A model generated the notes under the pieces. That model had not been told where the DNA came from, did not search any database, and worked only from the letters and a program-made list of their open reading frames with translations. A DNA stretch of 64,000 nucleotides from assembly GCF_036321535.1 (NCBI RefSeq), contig NC_087437.1:121894001-121958000 (forward strand), written 5' to 3'. The stretch is from Camelus dromedarius (Eukaryota). The position numbers and the translations under genes are program-made. Below, piece by piece: positions 12,937 to 24,679 of the stretch (its first letter is position 1; every line of letters begins with the position of its first letter).

Positions 12937-14268
12937 ATGAATGAGCATCTTAACAAAGCTTATCTATAGGCGGGGGCTGGGGGGGGATCTGGGGCGAGGC
13001 CAGTGCAGGGACTAGTAAGGAAGCAACCCTCACTCGTGTTAGCCCGAGACGGCCATGGCTGGTCTTCTGTGGCTCAGACGAGGTCATATTTTGTTTGTGC
13101 TCTGATGATGACGATGTGGTCTTGCTCGCTCCATCCTGGCTCTACTGTGACCCAGTCTGATTCTCTCACCTCTGCCCAGGGAAGAACTCCTGGCTATTGT
13201 CTCCCGGACTCCTCGCCCCGACCCTGGGCACCTTCTATTTGTGCTTTGTCCTCCGTGCACGCTGCTGCCTGGGACCTTGGGGAGAGCATCTTCCTTGAGG
13301 TGTGGGGCCTGCACAGATCCCATAACTTGCTTCCAGCTTGTGGAATTTGGAGGCCTGGCAGTGTTGACAGTCACTGACTTATTTTAGGCTCAGGTTTCTT
13401 TGGCAGTAGAATTCCCCCCAAATTCTAGTAGCTTCTGATCTGTTTGCTTTCAGTGTTTCATGTGCCAATTGTTACACCCCGAGTTCTTTCCTGGTCATGA
13501 ACCTCTGGCCTGCTTCAGTGTGTTTGCTTTTCTGTGACTGCCTCTCTCTTTGTACTGAGGGTATCTTGAAGGCATGGCTCTGGGTGGGAGAGAAAGCCTG
13601 TAAACTAGTCTGTGTGCACAGCTGAACCCTCTAATCAAGGAGTCTTCTCAGGCCTTTGCTTCTCAGAACAGTTTCAGCCTTCCATCTTACTCTCGGGGTG
13701 CAGAAGAGGAAGGCTAGGTGAGCCCCGTGTTTCTGGCCTGTCTCTCGATGCTTTCCTGCCTCTCAAGGTGGCCTGTTTTTGCCTAAGCCCTTCTCTTACT
13801 GTGATGGCTGTTTAGGCAAAGTGAGTACCAGTCACCCGGGCTGCTGGCACGTCTTGTCCTCCTCTCCCCGAGCTGCGGGCTGGGCCTGAGTGTGGGATGC
13901 CTTCAGATGATCCCTGGACTGCTTCCCGACCGCTTCGCCACGCGGAAGGTAGGGCTTCCTCGTTACCAGCTGCCTGACAACAGTTTTTATTATGTCGTCA
14001 CCCCTCTTCAAAGAGTCCATTTGTGTCTTAATTCATCCCTGTTCAAATATGCATTTAATGATAGAGAATTTAGAAGAGGAAAATTTCTGACCTAAACTCT
14101 TTCTTTGGGGACTATTTGAAGCATTTTCTATTTCTCTGTTTCTCCACCACTTGGATGTGAAGCCCTACATTGGTGGCCACTTTTCTAGGCAGACATTACA
14201 AGGGTGTGGTATTGGTGGGCCCTCATTCTTGTTGGTGACTCTGTTCACGCTGGAAACATCAAGCTGCT

Positions 14269-14805
<537 letters not shown>

Positions 14806-14809
14806 CCTG

Positions 14810-14932
14810 TTTATTTTTGGGGGGAGGAAATTAGGTATGTATGTTTGTTTGTTTACTGGAGGTGCTGGGGATTGAACCCAGGACCTTGTGCCTGCTCAGC
14901 ACATGCTCTACCACTGAGCTATACCCTCCCCC
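14810..14932 (-). mobile_element. Camelid tRNA-Ala-derived SINE (Vic-1 type)
   Basis: Reverse complement reads GGGGGAGGGTATAGCTCAGTGGTAGAGCATGTGCTGAGC...GGTCCTGGGTTCAATCCCCAGCACCTCC with A and B boxes, then an A-rich tail. Confidence 0.9.
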
Positions 14933-16777
14933 ACTTTTAAAAAAGCGTTTTCTGATTTCCTATAAGAAGAAAAATTAGACGCTTCAGTTTTGGGGACTAA
15001 ATCGGGGTATAAATGAGATAAACTCAGTGAAGAAAGCCACTATGAACCCATGTTGCAGTGATGTAGAACCCATGGACACTCCTCTTCGGCCTGTGGTAGC
15101 TGAAGCCTGGGGCCCTCCCCTTGCTCTGAGTCGGCTTCTGCTTTGAAGACAGGGGGATATGGGTACCTGGCCTGTATTCTCGTGGGGAATTCTCTTGTGG
15201 AAGTGAAATGAGATGGTTGGCATGCAAACATGTTCCTTAGTAAAGCTCTCTGGGTGGCAAAGGCATTATTTCATCCTGAAGTGCTTTGGGGGATAAATAA
15301 TTTACTGGCACACTAGGTTCTTCCTCTAAGTCCAAGTGTTCCTACTGTAATGCACCCAAGCCAACCGTGGAAGCTTAGAGCATCGCAGCGTGAGGAGGGC
15401 CAGCGAGCATGTCCCTCTGACTTTCACTGAGTTGGGTGCTTTTCTAGAGTGTCCTGAGCTCTATTCATAATTGTCCTTAAGCAAATAAGGAACAGACCAG
15501 AGTGGTGACGCTTCATTCCAAGTGCAGTTTACAGTTATCTGTTGTGCGACACAGTTAGTAATCGGAGTAATACTTAGTGTCCCAGACTGAAGGTTTGAGT
15601 TTTCATGGAGTTTTAAGCAGATGAGATTTTGTAATAGAACAATATTTCTTACTGAGGTCTTCCATAACCCTTTATGATTAAACTGTTGCTCAATTTCCGA
15701 GACTTGATTAGTTACCTCATTAATTAAACAGACAGTAATGAAGTAGATTGTTTTGCTTACTGAGAACTGTTAATCTTGAGGTAGCGGTACTGCTCTAGGT
15801 CCACGTAGGAAGCTGGAAGTTTCCATTTAATGGTTTTTTCAAATTCATGTATTGCCCATGTGCTTAGCATAGAGGTGGATACTGACAGAGGTGTAGTAGT
15901 TATTTTACTACTCAGATGACAGGTGGACTGCTGGTCCCCACAAGGGACTGTGACCCTGGTTTCTGCCACCTCAATTCCCTGCTTTCTGCAGCTCCGGAAG
16001 CTGGGCTCCAGCTCCTGGGGACACAGCACCCCTGTCCCAACACACTGGCTCCAAGGGGCTTCGTGCTCTTGGATACACCCCGCATGGTGCTTGTCATTTC
16101 TCTTTCTCTTGCTCTTGCTCTGGGCATCTGCATCCTCTGGCACAACTTTTCCTGGCCCTAGAGGCAAGCCCTGGAGGCGGGGTGGGGGGTGTCCCCACAG
16201 CCCAGCACTCTGCAGCCCAAGAGCCTCTCCCATCCAGAGAACAGAAGGTGGTGGCAGGGAGGCCCTGTGCTCTGCTGGACTTGCTGAGGATAGCCTGGCT
16301 GTCAGGTCTGCCTTCCTTCACACCCAGAAGTGCATGCCTAGAGCAGGAGGTGTGGGGTCAGTTCAGTGAGCATGCAACGTGCTGTGTCAGAGTTCCTGTG
16401 CTTCGTCTCCGCTGAGGTCGCGGTCCCTGGCAGGGCTGTCTGCCCGCTATCAGCTCTTGTTCAGGTGGGTGAAACCCTACAGATAGGCCCAGGCTCAGCT
16501 GGGCTCCACCAAGGGGACCCGCAGGCAAGGCCCCAACACTGTTATTTGCAGCGCGCATCAGGCACAGACCAGACTGGAGTATTGAGTGGAAAGGGAATCA
16601 CCAGTGCCTACTGAACAGTGGGTTAAACTCCCCTGAGGGCAAGGGCCCTGGTGACCAGTCGCCGGGCTCGGCGATGGCCTGGCTCGGGCTCAGGGCGCCA
16701 CTGGCGTGTTGCTTCGCCAGCAAAGGCAGACCTGAGACTCCGACCCCCTCGCTGGCCCTCTGACACCCCCGGAAGGA

Positions 16778-18240
16778 CAGTGAACCCTGTGGTCTGTGGA
16801 CCCCTGGGGCTCTTTGGTACCCTTTCAGGGGGTCAGAACTGTTTTCACAGTGGTATCTGGGTGTGATTTCCTGTCTCACTGTGTTGACGTCTGAGCCGAC
16901 GGCACAAAAGCGCCGGTGGGCAAACCTGCTGGGGCCTGACATCGGCACAGCCCAGACTCATGGTGGGAGTGCCCTTCACCACCCGCTGCTTGTCCCCAAA
17001 AAGCCAACATCCTTTAAAAATGTCCTTGATGAAGCCATCAGAATTATGAATTTGATTAAATCTCGGCCCTTGAGTGCATGTCTTTTTAATAGTTGGAGAG
17101 ACAGACGTGGAGGTGTGCGTAGTGCACGTCTGCAGATGGCATCACGATTGTTTCGAGGAAAAGCATTTGTGCCTTTTTGGGATCGGGGGCTGCACTGCTC
17201 CGCTTCTCACAGGGGCCTGTTTTTCCTGTAAAGAGGAACTGACAGACGAACCGTGGTTATTCAGACTTGCATTTTTGGCAGTGTCTGAACATGGAACTGA
17301 GTGAGCCTGTTACTTCAAAGGAAATAACTGCTGGTATTTGCTGCAACTGACAAAACTTGTTTTTGGTCAATAATTAGTATTTTGAAACCTTGTGTCTGCC
17401 ATGGTGAACTTGACAGCATCCCAGAACTTAAAGATGTTTCTGATGAACTCAGCTGGGATAATAACAAACGTGATTCTTGACATTACATTTTGAAATGTGT
17501 TAGCATTTGGATGACCCGTGTAACTCAGTGGGCCCGTGCTTCCCCAGACGACTAGTGTACATCGTACGATGATCTCGTGTGGGTGAGATATCTGCTTACG
17601 GTGCAAGATGGAGAGTTAATGGGTTTTTTGTTGTTTTTTTAAAAAACTTTTGTTTATTTTTAATGGAAGCACTGGAGACTGAACCCAGGACCTCGGGCAC
17701 ACTAAGCACGCGCTCCGCCCCTGAGCGGCACTTCCGCCTGATGATAGGTTTTAATGCAAATAAGTTTATTGATGGAGCTTCAGATACCATGTTGCAGATA
17801 ACCTTTAAGAAACAACCACCTGTCAAATTTTGATGTCTTATCAAATAATATCCATGATGATCTGACAAACCTATGAAATACTCCTGTTTCCAGCCACATG
17901 TCTGTGTGAAGATGGGTTTTTTTCATATACTTTAATCTAAACAATGTTTCACAACAGACTGAATGCAGAAGCAAGTATGACAATCTAGCTGTCTTCTATT
18001 AATCCTGATATTAAAGAGTTCCAGAAATTCTTACTAATTTATTTTTGTTTGGAAAATATGGTTATTTTTTTATTAAAAAGTGTTATTTTTGTAACTATGT
18101 AATGGGTTTATTATTCATTGTAAATGAATGACTAATTTTGAAATCTCTCTGTGTTAATTGCAAGTAAATTTCAATAAATAGAATCCACTTCAAAAATAAT
18201 TTGAGGCAAGAAAGGGGTCCAGAAAGTTTGAGAGCCACTG
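16778..18240 (+). mobile_element. hAT-Charlie DNA transposon (Charlie1a-like), both ends present, transposase degenerate
   Basis: Ends cagtg...cactg; transposase remnant 'KNVLDEAIRIMNLIKSRPLS'; C-terminal region 'gaatgcagaagcaagtatgacaatctagctgtcttctattaa'. Confidence 0.9.
17624..17738 (-). mobile_element. Vic-1-type SINE inserted into Charlie1a
   Basis: 'gagactgaacccaggacctcgggcacactaagcacgcgctccgcccctgagc' with T-rich tail; degenerate flanking repeat aatgggtttt/gataggtttt. Confidence 0.85.
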
Positions 18241-18521
18241 ACCCAGTGAAATACACTGTGGTGCTTGAGTGGAAACGCGGGTGGTTTTGGTGAAGAACCT
18301 TAGTGAACCTCCGAGACGCTGTGAGTCACCCACACTGAGTCAGAGAGCAGACTGCGCTCTTTGGTTGTCTTTTTTCTTTGTTTTTAGGTGAATGCTAATA
18401 GGAAAGCAGGTTCAACTGCAAGACTGACATTGGATAGAAACTGGGAGATTCAGTTCAACTTTAATATTATAAATGATTTTTAGAAATTGACATCAGAATT
18501 TGAATTTCAAGACAAAAGCCC

Positions 18522-18599
18522 TACCAAAGCAACCAACCTAGCCAGCTTTATTTGTGCGATAAGGAAATAAAGACACACTTCTCTTAAAAAAAAAAAAAA
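18522..18599 (+). pseudogene. RPLP0: Extremely 5'-truncated processed pseudogene (3'UTR only) of ribosomal protein P0
   Basis: 'accaaagcaaccaacctagccagctttatttgtgcgataaggaaataaagacacacttctctt' resembles the RPLP0 3'UTR as recalled; AATAAA at 18566-18571; poly(A); perfect 13-bp TSD aagacaaaagccc at 18509-18521 and 18600-18612. Confidence 0.8.
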
Positions 18600-19832
18600 A
18601 AGACAAAAGCCCAACAGGCGGTTCCGCTGTGAAATGGAGAATCTAACTAACCCAGGTCATCCAGTTACTCCACAGCATTTCTGAGCACCAGCGTCATTAG
18701 TGGGGTGTAGACCTCTGTGCTAGAGGGAGACCAAAGGTCTTACAGATGTTTTTCCTTCTCTGCTAAGGGTTTTTCTTCTCCAGTAATTTACGAGGGAGAG
18801 AGGGTTGTTAGGACAAGCTCTCAACTGAAACGCTGCCTTAGAAGATAGAAGGTGGAGGAGATGGGAATGTGTCTCGCTGCAGCAGCAGCAGCTCTGCGGA
18901 AGGGCTCTGTGCTGGAGGGAGGTGGTGGCTGAGGAGGGGCAGTGACCCTCGGGCTGTCCCAGAGTGGTCTGGCGGGTTAGATCCCCTGGATGGAAGTGCC
19001 TGTTTCACTGCCTGGTGTCGGGGAGCAGAACTGGTGGGCGGGGGCCAGTGGAGGAACAGTAAGAGGCAGGCCTCTCAGCCCCAGGTGGTCATCCTCGTTG
19101 GTGGGGGAAGCCTGGACATGGGCCCATGAGCCTGGGCTGTAGAGGGGTGCCCTGTGCTCACCCAGCTCTGCCTTGGCACCTCTCCCTGGGTGGTAACTCT
19201 GGGCTGGGACCAGTGCTTTTTATGGAAAGAACAGTCAAGCTTCTTCTAAAGGGAGTTGGAGAGTAGGGATTTCTGCTTCACTTCATTTCCCTTTCAGCTC
19301 CCAGACCATCAGGAAAACATTTTAAACCCTAAGATTCAATTTCTGATTTATTACCTAGAATATGTTAAACATGATTGAATTGTTCTAAAAAGACAGGATT
19401 TTGCAGGGCCTTGGGGCATCGTTGACCTAGAATATTAGTAATCCCAGGTTCCTGAGAAATCTTACCTGGTTTAGATCTCCTGTCTCAGAGTAGAAGTGCC
19501 TGCAGGGTAAACACTGCTGCGGTCATGAGCGGGTCCTGTCCCCAGATCTGTGCTGGGAGAAATGGAGTTGGAAACCGGCTTCTTATCCCCGACATGACAA
19601 GCTGCATGCGCCTGTGAACTCTCTTAATGCCTGTCTCTTCCCAGAAACTGGGTGTCACTAAGGTTGGTGTTTGTGCCCAACAGGAAGAGGGGTGTGTGGT
19701 TGAGATCTCTGCTCGAGTGGAGGGAGGGCGTCTTGAACTTCGCCTTACTTTCTGAACACCATCATCACCTCTTGCTCGTTAAGTCACTCTCCAGAGTTTC
19801 AGCCTCCTGTCCACCTGCCCTCCTCACCAGTG

Positions 19833-19856
19833 TGCACGCACACACACACACACACA
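19833..19856. repeat. (CA)n microsatellite
   Basis: Direct reading. Confidence 0.8.
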
Positions 19857-20689
19857 GAGGCACAGTCTCCCGAATGAAAACCACATGGAATGGTCAGTCT
19901 TTGGGTGACTTGGAAGCGCCTTGACCACTCCTGCCTGGGGACTTAGTTTGTGGTGCGTCAGAGGCAGGGATTAGGTGACTGTGCCCATTTCAGGTCCCTC
20001 TACCATCTTTCTTTTCCTTGATGTGTGAAGATTTTCCTCCATTTGTGGCCGTGTCTGAGTTGCTACGTTCAGCGCAGGTCTGTGACACTTGACGACAATG
20101 AGCTAGCTGGTCTTTAAATAGCACAGCGCCTATAAACAGAATCACCTGTTTTATGGCCGGATCTGGAGGAGATGGTTCACAGAGGATTCTGAATGGCTGC
20201 CAGAGCATTAGAAAGGCAGTAAGACGCTCGTCGCTCCGCCCCTGCCGTGAGGCCAGACTGGCTGAGAGCACACACGCCGTATCGGAGACATTTCCTTTGA
20301 GTTGGGCTGGAATCATCCCTCACGAGACATTAAACTCAGGTGGCATCAGGATGAAGACTGGCCAAGCCCAAATCCTGATGATCGGAAACTTAGTCATTTG
20401 TTCTCTGAGTCAGCTTAATGGTGGGTAATGTTCACATCACATTCTTTTGGGGCTGGGCCAAGAGCCGGCTTGCTTGCCAGTGCTTCAGCCATGAGCTCAT
20501 CAGCCTTCTGGCTCCCACACTGCTGGCCCAGGGCTCCGCTGGAATTAATCCTATCACTGCAGCAAACCAGGGTCCTCACCAAGGTTCCTCTTTTCCTGTG
20601 GCATATGGGGGCCCTGGCTTTCATCAAATGAGCTCCAAACTCCTTCTCTTTCAGAAGGCCTTCCTAGGTGGGGGCTTTGAGATGTGACA

Positions 20690-21130
20690 CTAGCAGTTCA
20701 GCTCAACACATTATTTACCAAAAAGCCCTGTCCTGGTGGCTGCTGAGGCTGTAAATACGGGTGACGTGTTTCCATGTGGTCCAAGGAGCACGTAATCCAC
20801 CTGGGGGTGGGAGCGTGAGGCACAAGGCGTGTCCTCAGTTCCACGAAGTGTCAGCTGCGTGCCATCAGAGGAGGGTGTGGGGCTTCGGGGAGGCAGGCCC
20901 TTTGGAAGGATGAGGACGGCTCTGGAGAGGACGGGCGTTTCAGCTCCACTGGAGGCTGTGGAATGAGGGCTGGCACGCAGTAGACGTGCAGGAGCAATAG
21001 CCGTTAAAGCTTTATCGCCTAGACTTCTGTTTTCTAATTAGTAAAATAGAAAAAAGTGTCTTCCACACCTCCTGGGAGTTAGCTGGTGAGACCACAGGGA
21101 GCTACCTGTGAGCCGTGTGCAGGGAAGGCG
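20690..21130. mobile_element. Degenerate L2 3' end and MIR fragments
   Basis: 'gctggcacgcagtagacg' and 'ctgttttctaattagtaaaatag' resemble L2/MIR cores. Confidence 0.45.
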
Positions 21131-21594
21131 CCCAGGTGACATGGGCCCCTGGCTGTCTGAGAGCCTGCGTGTCGTCCACCCTCTGCCACTTCTGCTGCCA
21201 CAGCGTGGAGGAAATGCCTCTGTACTTTGTGGAGATGAAGAGACACATGTGATTAAAAAAAAGAGTCGTGGCCACGTATTCTGTCTCTGTCCTACCAGTA
21301 AGAGACTGTTAAGTAGGCAATCTCTGTGATTTTTAAAGTGTTTAGTCTGATAAGAGGAAAAAGTAAAAACAATGAAATCTGCACAGATGTCTCAAAAGGT
21401 TTGTACCAGAGCAGGAATTCAAAAAGATGTTTAGAGAAGTTTTTTTTTATGGCTCTGGTATTCTAATGTACATAAATACCACAAATTGGTTCTTTGTTCA
21501 ACTGTTCTGGTGCTGATGGGCATTTGGATATTTCCAGTTGTGGGCTATTGAGAATAAAGCTTTTCTGACTATTCTTGTAGTAGGTTTCTTTCTG

Positions 21595-21690
21595 TTTTTT
21601 TTTTTTTTTTTTTGGAGGTACTGGGGATTGAACCCAGGACCTCATGCTTGCTGAGCACATGCTCTACCACTGAGCTGTTACCCTCCCTCC
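21595..21690 (-). mobile_element. Vic-1-type SINE
   Basis: Poly(T) then 'ggaggtactggggattgaacccaggacctcatgcttgctgagcacatgctctaccactgagct'; imperfect TSD tcttgta..gtttcttt. Confidence 0.92.
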
Positions 21691-21979
21691 TCTTGTAAGT
21701 TTCTTTTGCAGACATATACACACATTTTTCTTGCATGTATACCCAGAAGTGGAACTGTTGTATCATAGGCTTGGTGTCTTTTTAGTTTTAGTAGATAATT
21801 GCCAGACAGTTTTTCAAAATGGTTGAGCCAGTTTGCAATCTAACCAACAAAGCCTGGGAATTCAGTTGCTGTACACCCTCAGCAACACTTGCTGGTTTCC
21901 ATTTTCTTCATGTTCACCTTTCTGGAGCTGTGTGGTGGTATCTCATTGTGGTCTTAATCTGCATCTTCCTGATCACTGG

Positions 21980-22727
21980 TAACGTGTATTTTTTTCCATA
22001 CCACCAAGCAATTCTCCAACACCAGCTGTGTGTCCTGCAACTCAACTCACTTATGACACCATGTACCTGGAGATGGCATCAGATTCCACAGCACCAGACC
22101 ATCCCTGGTCCCCCTTCAGATGCCCGTCACAAATCCAGGTTGTTACCTTTGCTTCTGACCGACTGGCTGTAAACTGGAGGTTCCCATGATCCCCCTTGTT
22201 GGGTTTGATTGATTTGCTAGAGTAACTCATAGAACTAAGAGAAACGTTAACTTACGTTTACCAGTTTATTATAAAGGATACAGATGAACAGCCAGGCGGA
22301 GATTTGTAAGGCAGAGTGTGTGGGAAGCGGCTGGAAGCTTCCATGCTCTCTGGGTGCACCCTTTTCCCTCAGCTTCACATGCTCACCAACCCAGAAGCTC
22401 TCCAAAGCCCAAAGCCTGTCGTTTTGGGGTTTTTTTGTGGAGGCTGCATTTCCTAGGCAGAATGGGTGAAATGGCTGGCCACTGGTGACTCAGCTAATCT
22501 CCAGTCCCCCTCCCCTGCCCGGAAGGTCTAGCCTTAGAGAGATGAGAGTCATGTGGTTGGCTCCCCTGGCCACCAAGGAGCTTTCCAAAAGTTATTTCAT
22601 TTGTGTAGCAAAAAATACCTTTATCCCTCTTATTACTTCCGGAAATTCCAAGGGTTTTAGAAGCTCTGTGCCAGGAACAGGGATGAAGACCAAATATATA
22701 TTTCTTGTTGTAAATCACAATGTCACA
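21980..22727 (-). mobile_element. Solo ERV LTR, MER21B-like
   Basis: Minus strand begins 'tgtgacattgtgatttacaacaagaaatatatatttggtcttcatccctgttcctggcacagagcttctaaaacccttggaatttcc'. Confidence 0.8.
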
Positions 22728-23552
22728 GCTGATAAGGTTGAGCACTTCTTTATATGTTATTATTCATTTGGAGATCGTCTTTTGTGAAGTGCCTGCTCAA
22801 GTCTCTTGCTCATTTTTGGTTTGTTCTCTCTCTCTCTTTTTTTATTATAGTAGTTTTTGTACATCTTGGAGACTAATTCTTTGTTTAATATATACATTGC
22901 AAACATCTTCCCCCAGTGGATAGCCTGTCTTTTCACTCTTAATGGTATCTTTTGATAAATTAATGAAGTAATAATATCTTACTAATCAATTATCAATCTT
23001 TTTTTTTCATTATTAGTAAGTACATATCTTAACAATGTCAGACATGATAATGGCTCTAGATTTTGATGCAAATTTCTTCTGATTCCACTCAAGGAAGCTA
23101 TAGCTAACACAGATTGGTTTTTAAAATAAAGCTTAAAAAAATGAGCATATTTCAACTGGATTGTTATCTTTTAAAATTAAGAATTTCATTCTCTTTTACT
23201 GAGATGAAAAGCAGAACAACTCGAGAATGAATAATTCAATTGATAGATTAAATAACAAATCACAAGGGAGTTCTAATTATCAATCTTTTCTTTTATGAGT
23301 AGTGCTTATTGCATCTGATTTAAGAAACATTTGTCTACCCCAAGGCCATGAAGGCATTATTCCACGTTTTCCTCTAGAAACTTATTATATTCCTTTAATG
23401 TTTATGTCCAATCCAATTGTGTCTAGTGTGAAATGGGAATCCAGGTTCACATTTTCCATATGGATAACCAGTTAATCTAGTCTCGTTTATTGAAAAGACT
23501 ATTTTTTCCCACCAAATTTCAGGTGGTACTTTTGCAAGAGATCAAGTGGCCT

Positions 23553-23958
23553 TGTGGATCAGGGTCTAGTCAAGAGACAGGAGTTACACCAGGATTTTGA
23601 ATAGGGAACATTCAATATAAAGAATTGTTAACTTGTAAAAGGGATTAACTATCAAACAGGGTGAAGAGTAAGGTTGCTGTAAAGAATATGGGAATAACAG
23701 GTAGGGAGCATCCACTACCTCTGGGGCTGAAGGAAAGTACCCAGAGATGGAACAGACTTAGAAAAATGTCTCCCCAGCAAGTCTAAGATTCAGGGATTGT
23801 TGGGGAAGGCATGACTGTGACCCCCTGGAGACATTCACTGAGGTGCCGTAAGCTCGGGCTGGCTGCTGGGGAGCCAGTGATTCACAGGAAGTCTTCTGCA
23901 GGGATGCCCGCTCTACTCACTGAGAAACTGCCCACTGGCCTTTAGGCCATAGAGCAAG

Positions 23959-23997
<39 letters not shown>

Positions 23998-24170
23998 CCC
24001 TAGAACCTGAAAGAGAAACCCCTTCCTCCTGCAGCGGCCTCTCCTGACAGTCCCATTCCTGTGCCAGCTGGCCATGGAGAAACGCTCTTAGGGTCCCGCA
24101 CTAGCATCACAGAAACAGGGCAAAGAAGGGTGGGTTTGGGGCAGGGAGGTAATAGTAGATAACTGGCACA
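23553..24170 (-). mobile_element. Solo ERVL LTR, LTR41/LTR33-like, with an expanded poly(A) run at 23961-23996
   Basis: Minus strand begins 'tgtgccagttatctactatt...aaacccacccttctttgccctgtttctgtgatgct' and ends 'ctgtctcttgactagaccctgatccaca' (TG...CA). Confidence 0.7.
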
Positions 24171-24679
24171 CTTACGTGTGTGATCTGTTTCTAAACTCTG
24201 TTCTGTTTCATTGACCCGTTTCTCTGTGTGGTAGTTAGTGCCGCTGTGCTGGTCACCGTAGTTGTACCGTGGGGCCGATGCCGGGTCGCGGAGGCCCCCC
24301 ACCTGGGTTTGTCTAGACTGGCTGCACTATTCTAAGTCCTCTGCATATCTTTATCACTTTAGGATAAGCATACCAATTTATGCAAAAAATATGCTAGAAT
24401 TTTGATTGGGGTGTTTTGGTTCCCTAGAGCAGTTTGGAGAATTGACATTTTTGTAGTATTCTAAATTAAAGATATGGTTTATTCCTCCATGTATGTTGTC
24501 TTTAATTTCGTTCAGTGATGTTTTGTTTTTAGTGTAGAGGTCTTGCACAGGTTTTGTTGGATTTATTTCTGAGAATTTTTTGATGACATTGTTGCTACTA
24601 TATAGAAATGCAGATGAGTTTTGCATATTGACCTTCTGTCCAGTGACCTTGCCAAATTTATTTAACACATGTTAGTGTC

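Larger units (their letters stand above)
21440..24670 (-). mobile_element. Old L1 (L1ME/MC-type) 3'UTR to ORF2, interrupted by a SINE and two LTRs
   Basis: 'atacccagaagtggaactgttgtatcatagg', 'ggtatctcattgtggtcttaatctgcat', antisense 'NKFGKVTGQKVNMQNS'. Confidence 0.75.

Noticed and set aside
14858..14932. tRNA-Ala gene, here and at the four similar copies
   Set aside because: Divergent copies with A-rich tails and TSDs indicate a tRNA-derived SINE
15916..16161. 81-aa ORF with a hydrophobic C-terminus
   Set aside because: The hydrophobic stretch comes from a CT-rich tract; no homology or promoter evidence
18389..18483. + strand acceptor with a short frame (VNANRKAG...)
   Set aside because: The frame stops after ~31 codons; no donor or homology
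19467..19500. 34-nt minus-strand exon candidate (HFYSETGDLNQ, donor gtaaga)
   Set aside because: Not phase-compatible with the 40143-40219 candidate, and no recognised homology
23961..23996. Poly(A) run as a retrocopy tail
   Set aside because: No TSD or poly(A) signal; it lies within an LTR and is best explained by slippage
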